64,000 bases of DNA from Okamejei kenojei (taxonomy: Eukaryota), in contig CM069173.1 of the NCBI GenBank assembly GCA_035221665.1, positions 7,688,001 through 7,752,000 of the forward strand, read 5' to 3'. The notes beneath the pieces were generated by a model. That model did not search any database. It had not been told where the DNA came from and was given only the letters and a program-made list of their open reading frames with translations. Shown here one piece after another: positions 1 to 13,589 of the stretch. The position numbers and the translations under genes were made by a program. Within the stretch, counting starts at the first letter, position 1; every line of letters begins with the position of its first letter.

Positions 1-529
1 ATCTGTAGTCAATGCATACAGTCTAAATGCAACATTTGTAAAGTTTGCAACTCTTTGAGCTGAGACCAGTGACATTAACATGGACTAATTTCAATGTCAA
101 TCTTTCCAATGTCAACCCTTCAATTGGAGTCCATTGTCTAAGTAGCGTAAGTACAATGCTCACATCCCAAATCTCTGTGTATCTTGGTTTGGGTGGATTA
201 ATATTAAAGATTCCTTTTCATGAATCTAGATATTAATGGATGCGACCCAATTGATCTCTGATCAGTCATAAGCCCTAAATAGACGACAAAGCACTGCGTG
301 CAGTGTTAATGGCACTGTAACTTAAATGTTGCTGAAAATGCAAATTGGCAAGGAATTCCAATACATTTGCAATATTTACAGTATCATAAGAAATATTTGA
401 CTGTGTGCAAAAGTCTTCCCATTTCTTAATATGTGTCATATATTGCTTTTGTGTGCTATTGCGCCATGATGCAACCATAACTTTCATAGTTTGGTCCGAC
501 AATCCCAGCTCCTGTAGTGGTCTGGTCAA
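1..529 (-). pseudogene. DIRS tyrosine recombinase, N-terminal part
   Basis: ORF 275-529, SWRNSTQKQY...W..FC...VLEFLA...LSYSAINTARSALS, is a typical DIRS YR SAM-like domain. Confidence 0.85.
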
Positions 530-536
530 AACCTGC

Positions 537-960
537 AGATTAACAAATTCATATATGCATACAATGGGTAAATCTCTTTAGTTACCGGATTAGTCAAGAT
601 ATCACTACAGTTAGGAATCGACATATATGGTTCTTTAATCATATTCAGCATTACTGGGAACCAAGGTTGAGTTGGCCAATTTGGAACTACCAACAATCCA
701 GAAGCAGAATCTTGTTCTATCTTCTTTCAGGCATCTCTGAATCAAAGCAAATGGTGGAAAAGCATAAAAATAACATCTTTCCCCAGTGTAATGAAAAAGC
801 ATCTACTGCTACTGCATCTGGATCGTGTTCCCAAGACACATAAGTAGGCAACTGATGATTAAGCCTAGATGCAAACAAATCTATTTCTGGCAACCCAAAT
901 TGGTTTACAATATTCTTAAATATTGCTGGCTTAAGCATCCATTCCGTATTATCTTTAAAA
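537..960 (-). pseudogene. DIRS Dam-like DNA methyltransferase domain
   Basis: EWML..., IDLFASRLNHQLP.YVSW...DAF motif (ORF 717-977); the FPPF motif follows in a shifted frame. Confidence 0.8.
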
Positions 961-2440
961 AATCCTGGACCTTTCATCTGCTACCACATTGTCCTTACCC
1001 GGAATGTAGCTTGCTGAAATCCATATTTGGCGACCAATACACCATTGCCATATCTCATTGGCCAGACAATCACATGATACTGACCTAACTCCCCCCATGT
1101 GATTAATGTATGCAACCGCCGTTTTATTGTCTAACTGTATTAACACATGTAGACCTTGTTTAGCACAACAATATGCTTTAAGTCCATAAAAAGCACCCAA
1201 TAACTCCAAATAGTTAATACCATAAACTTGAAGAAACGCTTCTTCTGAGCTTTCCATCTACCTCCACAACGGGAGGACGAATCTGTAGCCCCCATCCGAG
1301 AGCACTAGCATCCGTTTTGTAAAACCATTTCAGGTTGTTTAATCATGATATTCTTAGCAGCTTGTGGGACATTTTCAACCCACCATTGTAATTCCAACAC
1401 GGCTTGTTTTGTTAATTGCATAGGGCCTGTCAAAGTGACCTGCCTTCTCTTAAGAGCCCTTATTTTGTCCCTTTGAAGATTTTGATAATGTAATGGACCA
1501 AATTCCACTGCTGGAAATGCTGCTACCAGTTTCCCAATGGTTTTCGCCACTCCTCGGATGGAGGGATAAGGTTTGTGAATGAGGTAATTACAAGTCATCA
1601 AGATGTCATTGGCCTTCTCTGTTGGCAAAGTAACTAACATAGTCACTGAGTTAATTACAAACCCCAAAAAGTTAATTGATTGTGCTAGCTGCAGCTGGGA
1701 CTTAATTGGATGAATCAAAACCCTAGCTTTTCAAACAAAGCTTTAGTAACTGAAACTGAGTGCTCAACTGACCCTTGAGTATCACTAATGATCAGAATAT
1801 CATCAGATAGGCCATAACAATGTGTTTCTGTGCTCTTAATTGGGCTAAAATGGTTTCAAACAGTTTTGCAAAGAGTCTAGGATCCAAACTCAATCCATTT
1901 GGTAAAGCTTTAAACTGCCATAATTGCCCCAGCCAATTAAATTTTAAATACCTCCTGAAGCATTGATGAATTGCTACAGAAATAATAGGCATCCTTCAAA
2001 TCAATCTTAGCCATATAACACCCTGCTGAGAGAAGATATTTGCAGTACCTGAATGTCTCCATCTTAAAATGTTTGTATTCTACAAACTTATTCAGATCTG
2101 TAAGGTCCAGAATAATTCTGCAACCACCATCTTTTTTATCTCTTCGAAATATATTAGAGACAAATTGATGCTTATGTTCATAACTCTTTTCAATTACGCC
2201 TTTTCCAGATAATTTGTCAATTTCCACATTCATCTCCATTCTTTCCTCTGCAGAAAACACATAAGCATAAGCAGGTCTATTCTGTACAGGAGGATTAACC
2301 CCTTCTTTAAAAATAATAATGGCTCCTGAAACTGCTTGTAATACATATCGATCAGAAGTAATGTTAAGCCAGGCATTATAACATTTTTGCAATCTCCCTC
2401 CAACTGGAGGCTCATCCACAGTTTCTTTAAGTATATAAGT
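955..2440 (-). pseudogene. DIRS reverse transcriptase / RNase H, frameshifted
   Basis: VGGRL..., KKDGGCRIILDL..LN..HFKMET, IDLKDAY, ALPNGLS, MAYL(DD), FLGFVINS, INYLELL, LDNKTAVAYINHMGG, YIPGKDNVVAD across ORFs 1937-2533, 1792-1992, 1305-1718 and 955-1257. Confidence 0.9.
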
Positions 2441-2442
2441 CT

Positions 2443-3476
2443 TTAATACCTCTCCGTATGAGCGTGGTGGTCTCCTTCTTCCCGAATACAGGGAAGCACT
2501 TGCCTGCACAGCACGATAGTATTTTCGTGACAAACTTCTGCTTCTATAATGGAAATCGAAACCCCTTCGGTGGAAAAACCCCTTCTTTGTCCAAAAACAA
2601 AAGGTTTAACATTGCTAAAAATATTTAGCTTCGTCATCAACTCTTTCAGCTGTTTCGGCAAATTTTCTCCAAACAAATACCCAGGGCTTGAACTCCACTT
2701 TCTTGACACAGGCTTGCAAATCTAGGGTGAAATATGGGCCGAATCGCCGTTTTCCTCATGCAATTATTTCATAGAATGAATTACATAATAAGCCCAAAGT
2801 ATCCTTTTGAATCTTTTCCGTTTCCAGATTCTCCATTTGCCTGCCATAGGCCGTAATGGCGGTAGAAATTAATTTGAGCACCTTTTGAAACTTCACTTCT
2901 AGGGCTCTCATACTTGGAGTCATAGACGTCCATATCATCGGATTCACCGTAGGCACTTCCAATGAGGCACAATTTCTTGGAGCTTTATATAATTCTGATG
3001 TTTCATTCATCACAGAATTGTGAAGTTGGTGAGATACCATATAATTTATGTTTGCAGCTAGGATTTCTTCCATAGCCTCACCACTTCCTTCAGGTATAGC
3101 AAACTCTTGTGCTATCCCAGGCACATTAGGCCTTTTCTTTTTACTTTGTGGTGTGCTTTCAAAAGCCATATTGCCACCAGCAGGGTCTGCCTTCTGCAGC
3201 CCTAAATCAATTGGGATATCATCCCATGAAGACTTCTTGCAGCCCAAATCCTGGGTCCGGAGTATCATATTCCCAACTTGGCCCACAGCCATATTCATCA
3301 TATTCAAACCCCTCAGGGATTTTTTGGGATTCATCTGGGTACTCTGACCCTTGTCTCATTATTGTTTGGAGAACTTTCTCCATATGCTCCATTTTTAGCC
3401 ACATAGTTGTATTGTCTGGAGGTCTTTCAATATCAGAGTCATCAGAAACCACGGGCCTCTCAATTTCTTTTTGCAT
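2443..3476 (-). pseudogene. DIRS ORF1 (gag-like), frameshifted
   Basis: ORFs 2756-3334 and 2443-2709 (APRNCASLEVPTVNPMIW...YLFGENLPKQLKEL) align with DIRS-B ORF 44089-44496 (APVNCTSLNVPAVNSQIW...LLFGKDLPKKVKDL). Confidence 0.75.
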
Positions 3477-3915
3477 TTTTTAGGAACATTTTCCTCCGTG
3501 GTTATTATTTCTGGAGAATCTGGAAACTCACTATCGGGTACATCAGCGGCCAACGGTATCGGAACCGGGTCCGCACTAACTTCGCGTCCGTATTTTTACT
3601 TTCAACCCCGGGAACATCTTTTTTACCCGCGAAAACTTCTTTCCCGATTTTTCCATTTTTCTTTAATAATCAGTGCTCAATCAGCACGTTAACGTGGCTC
3701 TAAATTTTTTCTTTTGGTTTAGTTTTGCTGGAGCCACCCAGCGTAACCTAAAAAACGCCCCGGTCTAACTGCACTTACCTGCGGGCCGTTCCGACCGCCG
3801 CCGAGGAGCTGCTCCTTACTGCAGCTCCTCCTCGCGCCGTCAGCGTTGACGTCATACCGTTGCCAGCGTGAGGCGGGTTCTTCACGTAGTCACTCACGTG
3901 ACTCCGAAGTAAAAT

Positions 3916-4757
3916 GTGTATTTTTAATGTTGCTCTGTGTGTCTTGTGTGGGGGGTGGTGTGGGGGGTTAGGGGGAGAACCGCTTCGGTCGCCTCCTCCA
4001 TGGAGAGGTGACATTTTCCAGGTCGCCTCCCCGTGGCCTAACAGCGAGGATCGGATGGCCTATCCCGGAGTCGCGCCCGGGGCTTCAGCTGCGGGCGCAG
4101 CGCGGACTCTCGCCGTGGAGCGGGCGAGTCATCGCCGGAGGGGAGCACTCCATTTCGCTGGCCCACGGCAGCCGGCAGCCAGCCACGGACAGCAGAGCTC
4201 CAGCCGGCGCGGTGTCCACAGCCTGGGATCCCTCGTGGGGACCCAGGGGAAGAAGACCTCCAACTGCCGGCCCGCGGCCTACTTCTACCTCGGGCGCGGC
4301 AGGGACTTACTTACCATCAGGAGCGGGGTCCCTCGCCAGGGATCCCTAGAGGGGAGCTCCAGACCACCGGCCCTGCAGTCTGCGGTGCTTCTGGCTGTGG
4401 CACGAACTTTAAATCTCCGACCGCCAGCCTGAGGCCTACACCAGCCTGAAGCCGCGATCTCCGGTGGGGAGGCACTGATTCAGGACTTACCTGGACTTTT
4501 TACCTTGTCAGCACATCTGGACGCCCGCAGCGACGGCTGCGGAGGGTGGAGATCCCGACCATGGGGGAAAATGGAGGAGGTCTGACCCATTTTTTTGCCT
4601 TCCACCACAGTGATGAATGCTGTGGTGGATGTTTCAGTTAAATTTTATTGTGTATTGTGTGTTCTTTATCATTGTACTGCTGCTGGCAAATTCATTTCGC
4701 TTGCACTTTATGTGCAATGTGACGAATAAAACCGTATTGTATATTGTATTGTATTGT
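3916..4757 (+). repeat. GC-rich interspersed repeat with a LINE-like 3' end
   Basis: CpG-rich body, then TTGCACTTTATGTGCAATGTGACGAATAAA and a (TATTG)n tail. The family was not identified. Confidence 0.45.
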
Positions 4758-7700
4758 AAGTCAAGGCAAGTCAATCCATTTCAAGTCAAATCATGTCAAT
4801 CCATTCAAGTCAAGTCAAGACAATCCATTTCAAGTCAAGTCAAGTCAATCAATTTCAAGTCAATTCAAGTCAAACCATTTCAAGTCAAGTCAATCCATTT
4901 CAGGTCAAGTGATTCCAACTCATGTCAGCTCGGGTAAAGTCAAGTCAATGCATTCAAGTGAAGTCAAGTCATGTCAATCCATTTCACGTCAAGTGAAGTC
5001 AAGTCAATCAATTTCAAGTCAAGTTAATCCATTTCAAGTCAAGTCAAGTCAATCCACTTCAAGTCAATTCAAGTCAACCCATTTCAAGTCAAGTCAATCA
5101 ATTTCAAGTCAAGTCAATCCATCCCAAGTCAAGTCAATTCAATCCATTTCAAGTCAGGTCAATTCGTTTCAAGTCAAGTCAATCCGTTTCAAGGCAGGTC
5201 AAGTCAGTCAATTTCAAGTCCAGTGATTCCAATTCAAGTCAAGTTAGGTCAAGTCAAGTCAATGCATTCAAGTCAAGTCACGTCAATTCAATCAATTTCA
5301 AGTCAAGTCAAGTTAATCCATTTCAAGTTGAGTCAAGTCAATCCATTTCAAGTCAAGTCAATCCATTTCTAGTCAGGTCAAGTCAAGTCATGTCAATGCA
5401 TTCAAGTCAAGTCAATGCATTTCAAGTGAAGCCAAAACATTTCAAGTCAAGTGTAGTCAATCCATTTCAAGCAGTCAAGTCAATCTATTTCAATTCAAGA
5501 CAATCCATTTCAACGCAATCCATTTCAATTGAATCTATTTGAAGTCAATGCATCTCAAGTGAAGTCCATCCATTTCAAGTCAAGTCAATCCATTTCAAGT
5601 CGTCAAGTCGATCCATTTCAAGTCAAGTCAATCCATTTCGAGTCAAGTCAGGACAATCCATTTCAAGTCAAGTCAGTCAATTTCAAGTCAAGACAAGTCA
5701 AGCCAATCCATTTCAAGTCAAGTCAAGTCAAGTCAATCCATTTCAAGTCAAGTCAAGTAAATCTATTTCAATTTAAGTCAACCCATTTCAAGTCAGGTCA
5801 ATCAATTTCAAGTTAAGTCAATCCATTTCAAGTTAAGTCAGGACAACCAATTTCAAGCCAAGTCAATCCATTTCAAAGTCTTGTCAATTCAAACCATTTC
5901 AAGTCAAGTCAAGTCAGGTCAATCCATTTCAAGTCGTCAATCCGTTTCAAGTCAAGTCAATCCGTTTCAAGGCAGGTCAAGTCAATGCATTTCAACTTAA
6001 CTCAAGTCAAGTCAATCCAATTCAGGTCAAGTCAAGTCATATCAACTCAATCCGTTTGAAGCGGCCAATCCATTTCAAGTCAGGTCAAGTCAATTCAAGT
6101 CAATGCATTTCAAGTCAATGCAATCCATTTCAAGTCAGTCCATATCAAGTCAAGTCAAGTCAATTCAATCCATTTCAAGTCAAGCCAAGACAAGTCAATC
6201 CATTTCACGTCAAGTCAATCCATTTCAAATCAAGTCAATCCATTTCATGTCAAGTCAAGTCAATCCATTTTAAGTTGAGTCAAGTCAATCCATTTCAAGA
6301 CAAGTCAATTCAATCCATTTCGAGTCAAGTCAATTCAATCCATTTCGAGTCAAGTCAGGTCAAGTCATGTCAATGCATTCAAGTAAAGTCAATGCACTTC
6401 AAGTGAAGTCAAACCATTTCACGTCAAGCCTAGTCAATCCATTTCAAGTCAAGTCAAGTCAATCAATTTTAAGTCAAGTCAAGTAAATCCATTTCAAGTC
6501 ATGTCAAGTCAAGTCAAGTCAAGTCAATTCCAATCCATATCAAGTCAAGTCAAGTCAAGTCCATTTCAAGTCAAGTCAAGTAATTCTATGTCAATTCAAG
6601 TCAATCCATTTCAAGTCAAGTTAAGTTAAACCATTTCAAGTCAAGACCAAATCAACCCATTTCAAGTCAACTCAAGTCAAGTCAATCCATTTCAAGTCAA
6701 ATCTATTTCAAGTCAAGTCAATCCACTTCAAGTCAGATCAATCCATTTCAAGTCAATTCAAATTAATCAATTTCAAGTCAAGTCAAGTCAATCCATTTCT
6801 AGTCAAGTCAAGTCAATCTGTTTCAAGTCAAGTCAAGTCAATTCAAATTAATCAATTTCAAGTCAAGTCAAGTCAATCCATTTCTAGTCAAGTCAAGTCA
6901 ATCTGTTTCAAGTCAAGTCAATCCATTTCAAATCAATACATTTCAAGTCAATTCAATCCATTTCAAGTCAATCCATTTCAAGTCATGTGAAGTCAATCCA
7001 TTTCAATTCACGTCAGTCAATTTCAAGTCAAGGCAAGTCAAGCCAATCCATTTCAATTCAAGTCAATTCAAGTCAATCCATTTCAAGTCAAACCATTTCA
7101 AGTCAAGTCAGTCCATTTCAAGACAAGTGATTCCAATTCAAGTCAAGTCAGGTCAAGTCAAGTCAAGTCAATGCATTCAAGTCAAGTCACGTCAAGTCAA
7201 TCCATTTCGCGTTAAGTTCAAGTCAATTCAAGTCAATCCATTTCAAGTCAATCCATTTTAAGTTGAGTCAAGTCAATCAATGTCAAGTCAAGTCAATCCA
7301 TTTCAACTCAAGTCAAGTTACTCCATTTCGAGTCAAGTCAATTCAAGTAAATACATTTCAAGTCAATCCATTTTTACGTCAGGTAATTCTATTTCAAGTC
7401 AAGGCATCAATTTCAAGTCAATTCAAGTCAATCCATTTCAAGTCAAGTTAAGTTAAACCATTTCAAGTCAAATCAATCCATTTCAAGTCAACTCAACTCA
7501 AGTCAATCCATTTCAAATCAAAGTCCAGTAAATCTATTTCAAGTCAAGTCAATCCACTTCAAGTCAATTCAAGTCAACCGATTTCAAGTCGTCAATCCAT
7601 TTCAAGTCAGATCAATCCATTTCAAGTCAAGTCAATTCAAATTAATCAACTTCAAGTCAAGTTAAGTCAATCAATTCCAAGTCAGGTCAAGTCAATCTGT

Positions 7701-10700
7701 TTCAAGTAAAGTCAAACCATTTCTACTCAAGTCAAGTTACTCCATTTCGAGTCAAGTCAATTTAAGTAAATCCATTTCAAGTCATGGCAAGTCAAGTCAA
7801 TCAATTTCACGTCAGTTAAAGTCAATCCATATCAAGTCAAGTCAAGTCAATCCATTTCAAGTCAAGTCAAGTAATTCTATGTCAAGTCAAGTCAATCCAC
7901 TTCAAGTCAATTCAAGTCAATCCATTTCAAGTCAAGTTAAGTTAAACCATTTCAAGTCAAGACCAAATCAATCCATTTCAAGTCAACTCAAGGCAAGTCA
8001 ATCCATTTCAAGTCAAGTCCAGTAAATCTATTTCACGTCAAGTCAATCCACTTCAAGTCAACCGATTTTAAGTCGTCAATCCATTTCAAGTTAGATCAAT
8101 TCATTTCAAGTCAAGTCAGTCCATTTCAAGACAAGACAAGTCAAGCCAATCCATTTCATTTCAAATCAATTCAAGTCAATCCATTTCAAGCCAAACAATT
8201 TCAAGTCAAGTCAGTCCATTTCAAGACAAGTGATTCCAATTCAAGTCAAGTCAATGCATTCAAGACAAGTCACGTCAGTCAATCCATTTCACGTCACGTC
8301 AAGTCAATTCAAGTCAATCCATTTCAAGTAAATCCTTTTCAAGTTGAGTCAAGTCAATCCATTTCAAGTCAAGTCAATCTATTTCAACTCAAGTCAGGTT
8401 ACTCCATTTCGAGTCAAGTCAATTCAAGTAAATCCATTTCAAGTCAAGTCAAGTCAATCCATTTCACGTCAGGTAAATCAATCCATATCAAGTCAAGTCA
8501 GGTCACGTCGATCTATTTCAAGTCAAGTGAAGTAATTCTATTTCAAGTCAAGGCAATCCATTTCAAGTCAAGTCCAGTAAATCTATTTCAAGTCAAGTCA
8601 ATCCACTTCAAGTCAATTCAAGTCAACCGATTTCAAGTCAAGTCAATCCATTTCAAGTCAGATCAATCCATTTCAATTCAAGTCCATTCATATTAATCAA
8701 TTTCAAGTCAAGTCAAGTCAATCCATTTCAAGCCAAGCCAGTCAACTTCAAGTCAAGACAAGTCAAGCCAATCCATTTCAAGTCAAGTCAATTCAAGTCA
8801 ATCCATTTCAAGTCAATTCAAGTCAATTCAATCCACTTCAAGTCAAGTCAATTCATGTCAACTCAATCCATTTGAATCGGCCAATCCATTTCAAGTCTAG
8901 TCAAGTTAATTCAGGTCTAGTCAAGTCAATGCAATTCAAGTCAATTCAATCCATTTCAAGTCAGTCCATTTCAAGTCAAGTCAAGTCAATCCATGTCATG
9001 TTAAGTCAAGTTAATCCATTTCAAGTCAAGTCAATCCATTTCAATTCAAGTCAAACCATTTCAAGTCAGGTCAATCCATTTCAAGTCAAGTGATTCCAAT
9101 TCAAGTCAAGTCAGGTCAAGTCAAGTCAATGCATTCAAGTCAAGTCAAGTCAATTCAATCCATTTCAAGTCAAGTCAAGTCAAGTCAATCCATTTCAGGT
9201 CAAGTCAAGTCAATCCATTTCACGCAAAGTCAAGTCAAGTCAAGTCAATTCATTTTAAGTCAAGTTAATCCATTTCAAGTCAAGACAATCCATTTCAAGT
9301 CATACCATTTCAAGTCAAGTTAAGTCAATCCATTTCAAGTTAAGTCAAGTCAATCCATTTCAAGTCAAGTCAATCCGATTCAAGTCAGGGCAAGTCATGT
9401 CAATGCATTCAAGTAAACTTAATGCATTTCAAGTGAAGTAAAACCATTTCAAGTCAAGTCAAGTCAATCCATTTCAGGTCAAGTCAATCCATTTCACGCA
9501 AAGTCAAGTCAAGTCAAGTCAATTCATTTTAAGTCAAGTTAATCCATTTCAAGTCAAGACAATCCATTTCAAGTCATACCATTTCAAGTCAAGTCAAGTC
9601 AATCCATTTCAAGTTAAGTCAAGTCAATCCATTTCAAGTCAAGTCAATCCGATTCAAGTCAGGGCAAGTCATGTCAATGCATTCAAGTAAACTTAATGCA
9701 TTTCAAGTGAAGTAAAACCATTTCAAGTCAAGTCAAGTCAATCCATTTCAAGTCAAGACAGTTCAGTCAATTTCAAGTCAATCTAGTCAACCCATTGCAA
9801 GTCAAGTTAAGTCAATCTAGTCAACCCATTGCAAGTCAAGTTAAGTCAATCAATTTCAAGTCAAGTCAAGTCAATCGATTTAAAGTGAAGGCAATCCATT
9901 TCAAGTCAATTCAAGTCAATCCATTTCAAGTCAAATTAAGTTCAATCATTTCAAGTCAAGTCAAATCAATTCATTTCAAGTCAACTCAAGTCAAGTTAAT
10001 CCATTTCAAGTCAAGTCAATCCATTTCAAGTCAAGTCAATCCATTTCAAGTCTAGTCAATCCATTTCAAGTCAAGTCAATCTATTTCAAGTCAAGTCAAT
10101 CCATTTCAAGTCAAGTCAATCCATTTCAAGTCAAGTCAATCCATTTCAAGTCAAGTCAATCCATTTCAAGTCAAGTCAACCCATTTCAAGTCAAGTCAAT
10201 TCAAATAAATCAATGTCAAGTCAATTCAAGTCAATCTATTTCAAGTCAAGTCAATTCAATCCCTTTCAAATCAATACATTTCGTCAATTCAATCCATTTC
10301 AAATCAATCCATTTCAAGTCAAGTGAAGTCAATCCATTTCAAGTTAATTCAAGTCAATCCATTACAAGTCAAGTCAGTCCCTTTGACCTCAAGCCAAAAT
10401 TCCCCATTTCGAGTCAGGTCAATTCAAGTAAATCCATTTCAAGTCAAGTCAATCCATTTCACGTCAGGTAAAGTCAATCCATATCAAGTCAATCCATTTG
10501 AAGTCCAGTCAAGTAATTCCATTTCAAGTCAAGTCAATCCATTTCAACTCAATTCAAGTCAAACCATTTCAAGTCAAGTCAAGTCATCCATTTCAAGTCA
10601 AATTAAGTCCAACCATTTCAAGCAAGTCAAATTCATTTCAAGTCAACTCAAGTCAAGTCAATCCATTTCAAGTCAAGTCAATCCATTGCAAGTCAAGTCA

Positions 10701-11490
10701 ATCCATTTCAAGTCAAGTCAATCCATTTCAAGTCAAGTCAATCCATTTCAAGTCAAGTCAATCCATTTCAAGTCAAGTCAACCCATTTCAAGTCAAGTCA
10801 ATTCAAATAAATCAATGTCAAGTCAATTCAAGTCAATCTATTTCAAGTCAAGTAAAGTCAATCAATTTCAAGTCAAGTCAATCCATTTCAAATCAATACA
10901 TTTCGTCAATTCAATCCATTTCAAATCAATCAATTTCAAGTCAAGTGAAGTCAATCCATTTCAAGTTAATTCAAGTCAATCCATTACAAGTCTATTCAGT
11001 CAATTTCAAGTCAAGACAAGTCAAGCCAATCCATTTCAAGTCAAGTCAGTCCCTTTGACCTCATGCCAAAATACCCCATTTCGAGTCAGGTCAATTCAAG
11101 TAAATCCATTTCAAGTCAAGTCAATCCATTTCACGTCAGGTAAAGTCAATCCATATCAAGTCAATCCATTTCAAGTCCAGTCAAGTAATTCCATTTCAAG
11201 TCAAGTCAATCCATTTCAACTCAATTCAAGTCAAGTCAAGTCAATCCATTCAGGTCAGGTCAGGTCAAGTCAATCCATTTCAAGTCATGTCATGTAAATC
11301 TATTTCAAGTCAAGTCAATCCATTTCAAGTCAAGTACATCTATTTCAGTCAAGTCAATCCACTTTAAGCCAATTCAAGACAACCGATTTCAAGTCAAGTC
11401 AATCCATTTCCAGTCAAGTCAAACCAATTAATTTCAAGTCAAGACAATTCAAATCAATCAATTTCAAGTCAAGTCAAGTCAAGTCAATCA
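4758..11490. repeat. Satellite array of TCAAG pentamers with a ~20-bp unit TTTCAAGTCAAGTCAATCCA and higher-order duplications
   Basis: Continuous ~6.7-kb array of TCAAG/TCAAT/CCATT variants, near-perfect at 10001-10200. Confidence 0.98.
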
Positions 11491-13366
11491 TAGAAACATG
11501 GAAACTTAGAGAATAGCTGCAGGGGTAGGCCATTCGGCCTTTCGAGCCTGCACCGCCATTCAATATGATCATGGCTGATCATCCAACTCAGTATCCCATA
11601 CCTGCCTTCTCTCCATACCCCCTGACCCCCTTAGCCACAAGGGCCACTTCTAACTCCCTCTTAAATATAGCGAATGAACTGGCCTCAATTACCTTCTGTG
11701 GCAGAGAATTCCGCAGATTCACCAGTTTGCACCACCGCAGTTTTTCTCATCTCGGTCCTAAAAGACTTCCCATTTATCCTTAAACCGTGACCCCTTATTC
11801 TGGACTTGCCCAACATCGGGAACAATCTTCCTGCATCTAGCCTTTCCAACCACATAAGAATGATGTAAGTTTCTATAAGATCCCCACTCAATCTTCTAAA
11901 TTCTAGCCAGCATTAGCCGAGTCTATCCAGTCTTTCTTCATATGAAATTCCTGACATCCCAGGAATCAGACTGGTGAACCATCTCTGTTCTCCCTCTATG
12001 ACAAGAATGTCTCTCCTCAGATCAGGAGACCTAAACTGTACGCAATACTCCAGCTGTGGTCTCACCAATACCCCGTACAACTACAGTAGAACCTACCTGC
12101 TCCTATACTCGAATCCTTTTGCTATGAATGCTAACATACCATTAGCTTTCTTCACTGCCTGCTGCACCTGCATTGCTACTTCCAATGGCTGGTGTACCTT
12201 GACACCCAGGTCTCGTTGCATCTCCCCTTTTCCTAATCGGCCATCATTCAGATAATAGTCTACTTTCCTGTTTTTGCCACCAAAGTGTATAACCATACAT
12301 TTATCCACATTATACTGCATCTGCCATACATTTTCCCACTCACCGAACCTATCTAAGTCACCTTGCAGCCTCCTAGCATCCTCCTCACAGCTAACACTGC
12401 CCCCCAGCTTCGTATCGTCCGCAAACTTTGACATGTTGCTTTCAGTTCCCTCGTCCAAATCATTAATATATATTGCAAATAGCTGGGGTCCCAGCACCGA
12501 GCCTTGCGGTACCCCACTAGTCACTGCCTGCCATTCTGAAAATAACCCGTTTACTCCTACTCTGTGCTTCCTGTCTGCCAGCCAGTCGTCCATCCACATC
12601 AATACTGAACTCCCAATACCATGTGCTTTAAGTTTGCATACTAATCTCTTATGTGGGACCTTGTCGAAAGCCGTCTGAACCTCCAGATATAACACATCCA
12701 CTGGTTCTCCCTACTAGTTACATCCTCGAAAAATTATATAAGATTCGTCAGACATGATTTACCTTTCATAAATCCATGCTTACTTTGTCCAATGATTTCA
12801 CCACTTTCCTAATGCGCTGCTATCCCCTCTTCAATAACTGACTATAGCATTTTCCCCACTACCGATGTAAGACTAACTGGTTTGTAATTCCCCGTTTACA
12901 TCTATCCCTCCCTTGTTTAAAAAGCGTGGTTACATTAGGTACCCTACAATACTCCAGAATCTAAAGAGTTTTGAAAATATATCACTAATGCATCCACTAT
13001 TTCTGGGGCTACTTCCTTAAGTATTCTGGGATGCAGCCTATCAGGCCCTGGGGATTTATCGGCCTTTAATCCATTCAGTTTCCCGGCTAACCTGGATTTC
13101 ACTCAGTTCCTCCATTTCATTTGGCCCCGGTCCCCTGCTATTTCCGGCAGATTATCCACCGTCAACCCTTTAACAATCAATTGCCAGTCTATCTTGGCCA
13201 CTTCACGTCTCATACCCTCAAAATTCTCTTTCTTTAAGTTCAGAGCCCTTGTTTCTGAATTAATTATGTCACTCTCCGTCCCAATGAATAACTCAACCAT
13301 ATTATGGCCACTCTTGCCCAAGGGGCAACGCACAACAAGACCATTAACTAACCCTTCCTCATTATT
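11489..13366 (-). mobile_element. CR1 LINE (HER1-like), 5'-truncated with an internal deletion
   Basis: ORF 12093-12701: AFDKVPH, GVPQGSVLGP, INDLD, KFADDTKL. (TTTCTATG)-type tail at ~11490-11510. A jump at ~13155 leads to post-endonuclease sequence. Confidence 0.95.
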
Positions 13367-13530
13367 CGTGGAAGTACAATTGATTGAAGTCACCGCAGAT
13401 GATGAGCAGGGCATCGGTGTCTGGTGCTTACATACAGTAGACGATGGAGTATAAATTGTCCAGATCCACATTATATTTGACTTTGGGTGCTATGTGGACC
13501 ACCGACACGATGGAAGAGGTGGATTACCCG
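13367..13530 (-). mobile_element. Rex1/Babar-like AP-endonuclease fragment
   Basis: Minus-strand frames read ...DLDNLYSIV...PDALLIICGDFNQ, containing the GDFN motif. Confidence 0.55.
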
Positions 13531-13589
13531 GTCGGTTATAGTGGCGCTACTTAGTGAACTGTTATTCTAGGTGGTCCCCCGAAGTTAAC

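Larger units (their letters stand above)
1..3915 (-). mobile_element. DIRS1-like tyrosine-recombinase retrotransposon (copy A); its 3' end runs off the window start
   Basis: The minus-strand terminus ATTTTACTTCGGAGTCACGTGAGTGACTACGTGAAG (3880-3915) matches the left end of the DIRS at 43332. Frameshifted gag-like, RT/RNase H, methyltransferase-like and YR frames follow in DIRS order. Confidence 0.93.

Noticed and set aside
3914-4432. 172-aa GC-rich ORF or CpG-island gene
   Set aside because: Low-complexity ORFs in several frames within a repeat that ends in a LINE-like tail; no recognisable domain.
4744-11297. Long Ser/Gln/Val/Lys-rich ORFs (up to 324 aa)
   Set aside because: They are translations of the stop-poor TCAAG satellite and occur in several frames.
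4758-11490. Resemblance to human satellite II/III (CCATT)
   Set aside because: The shared word is only a pentamer and the dominant unit is TCAAG; there is no evidence of homology.
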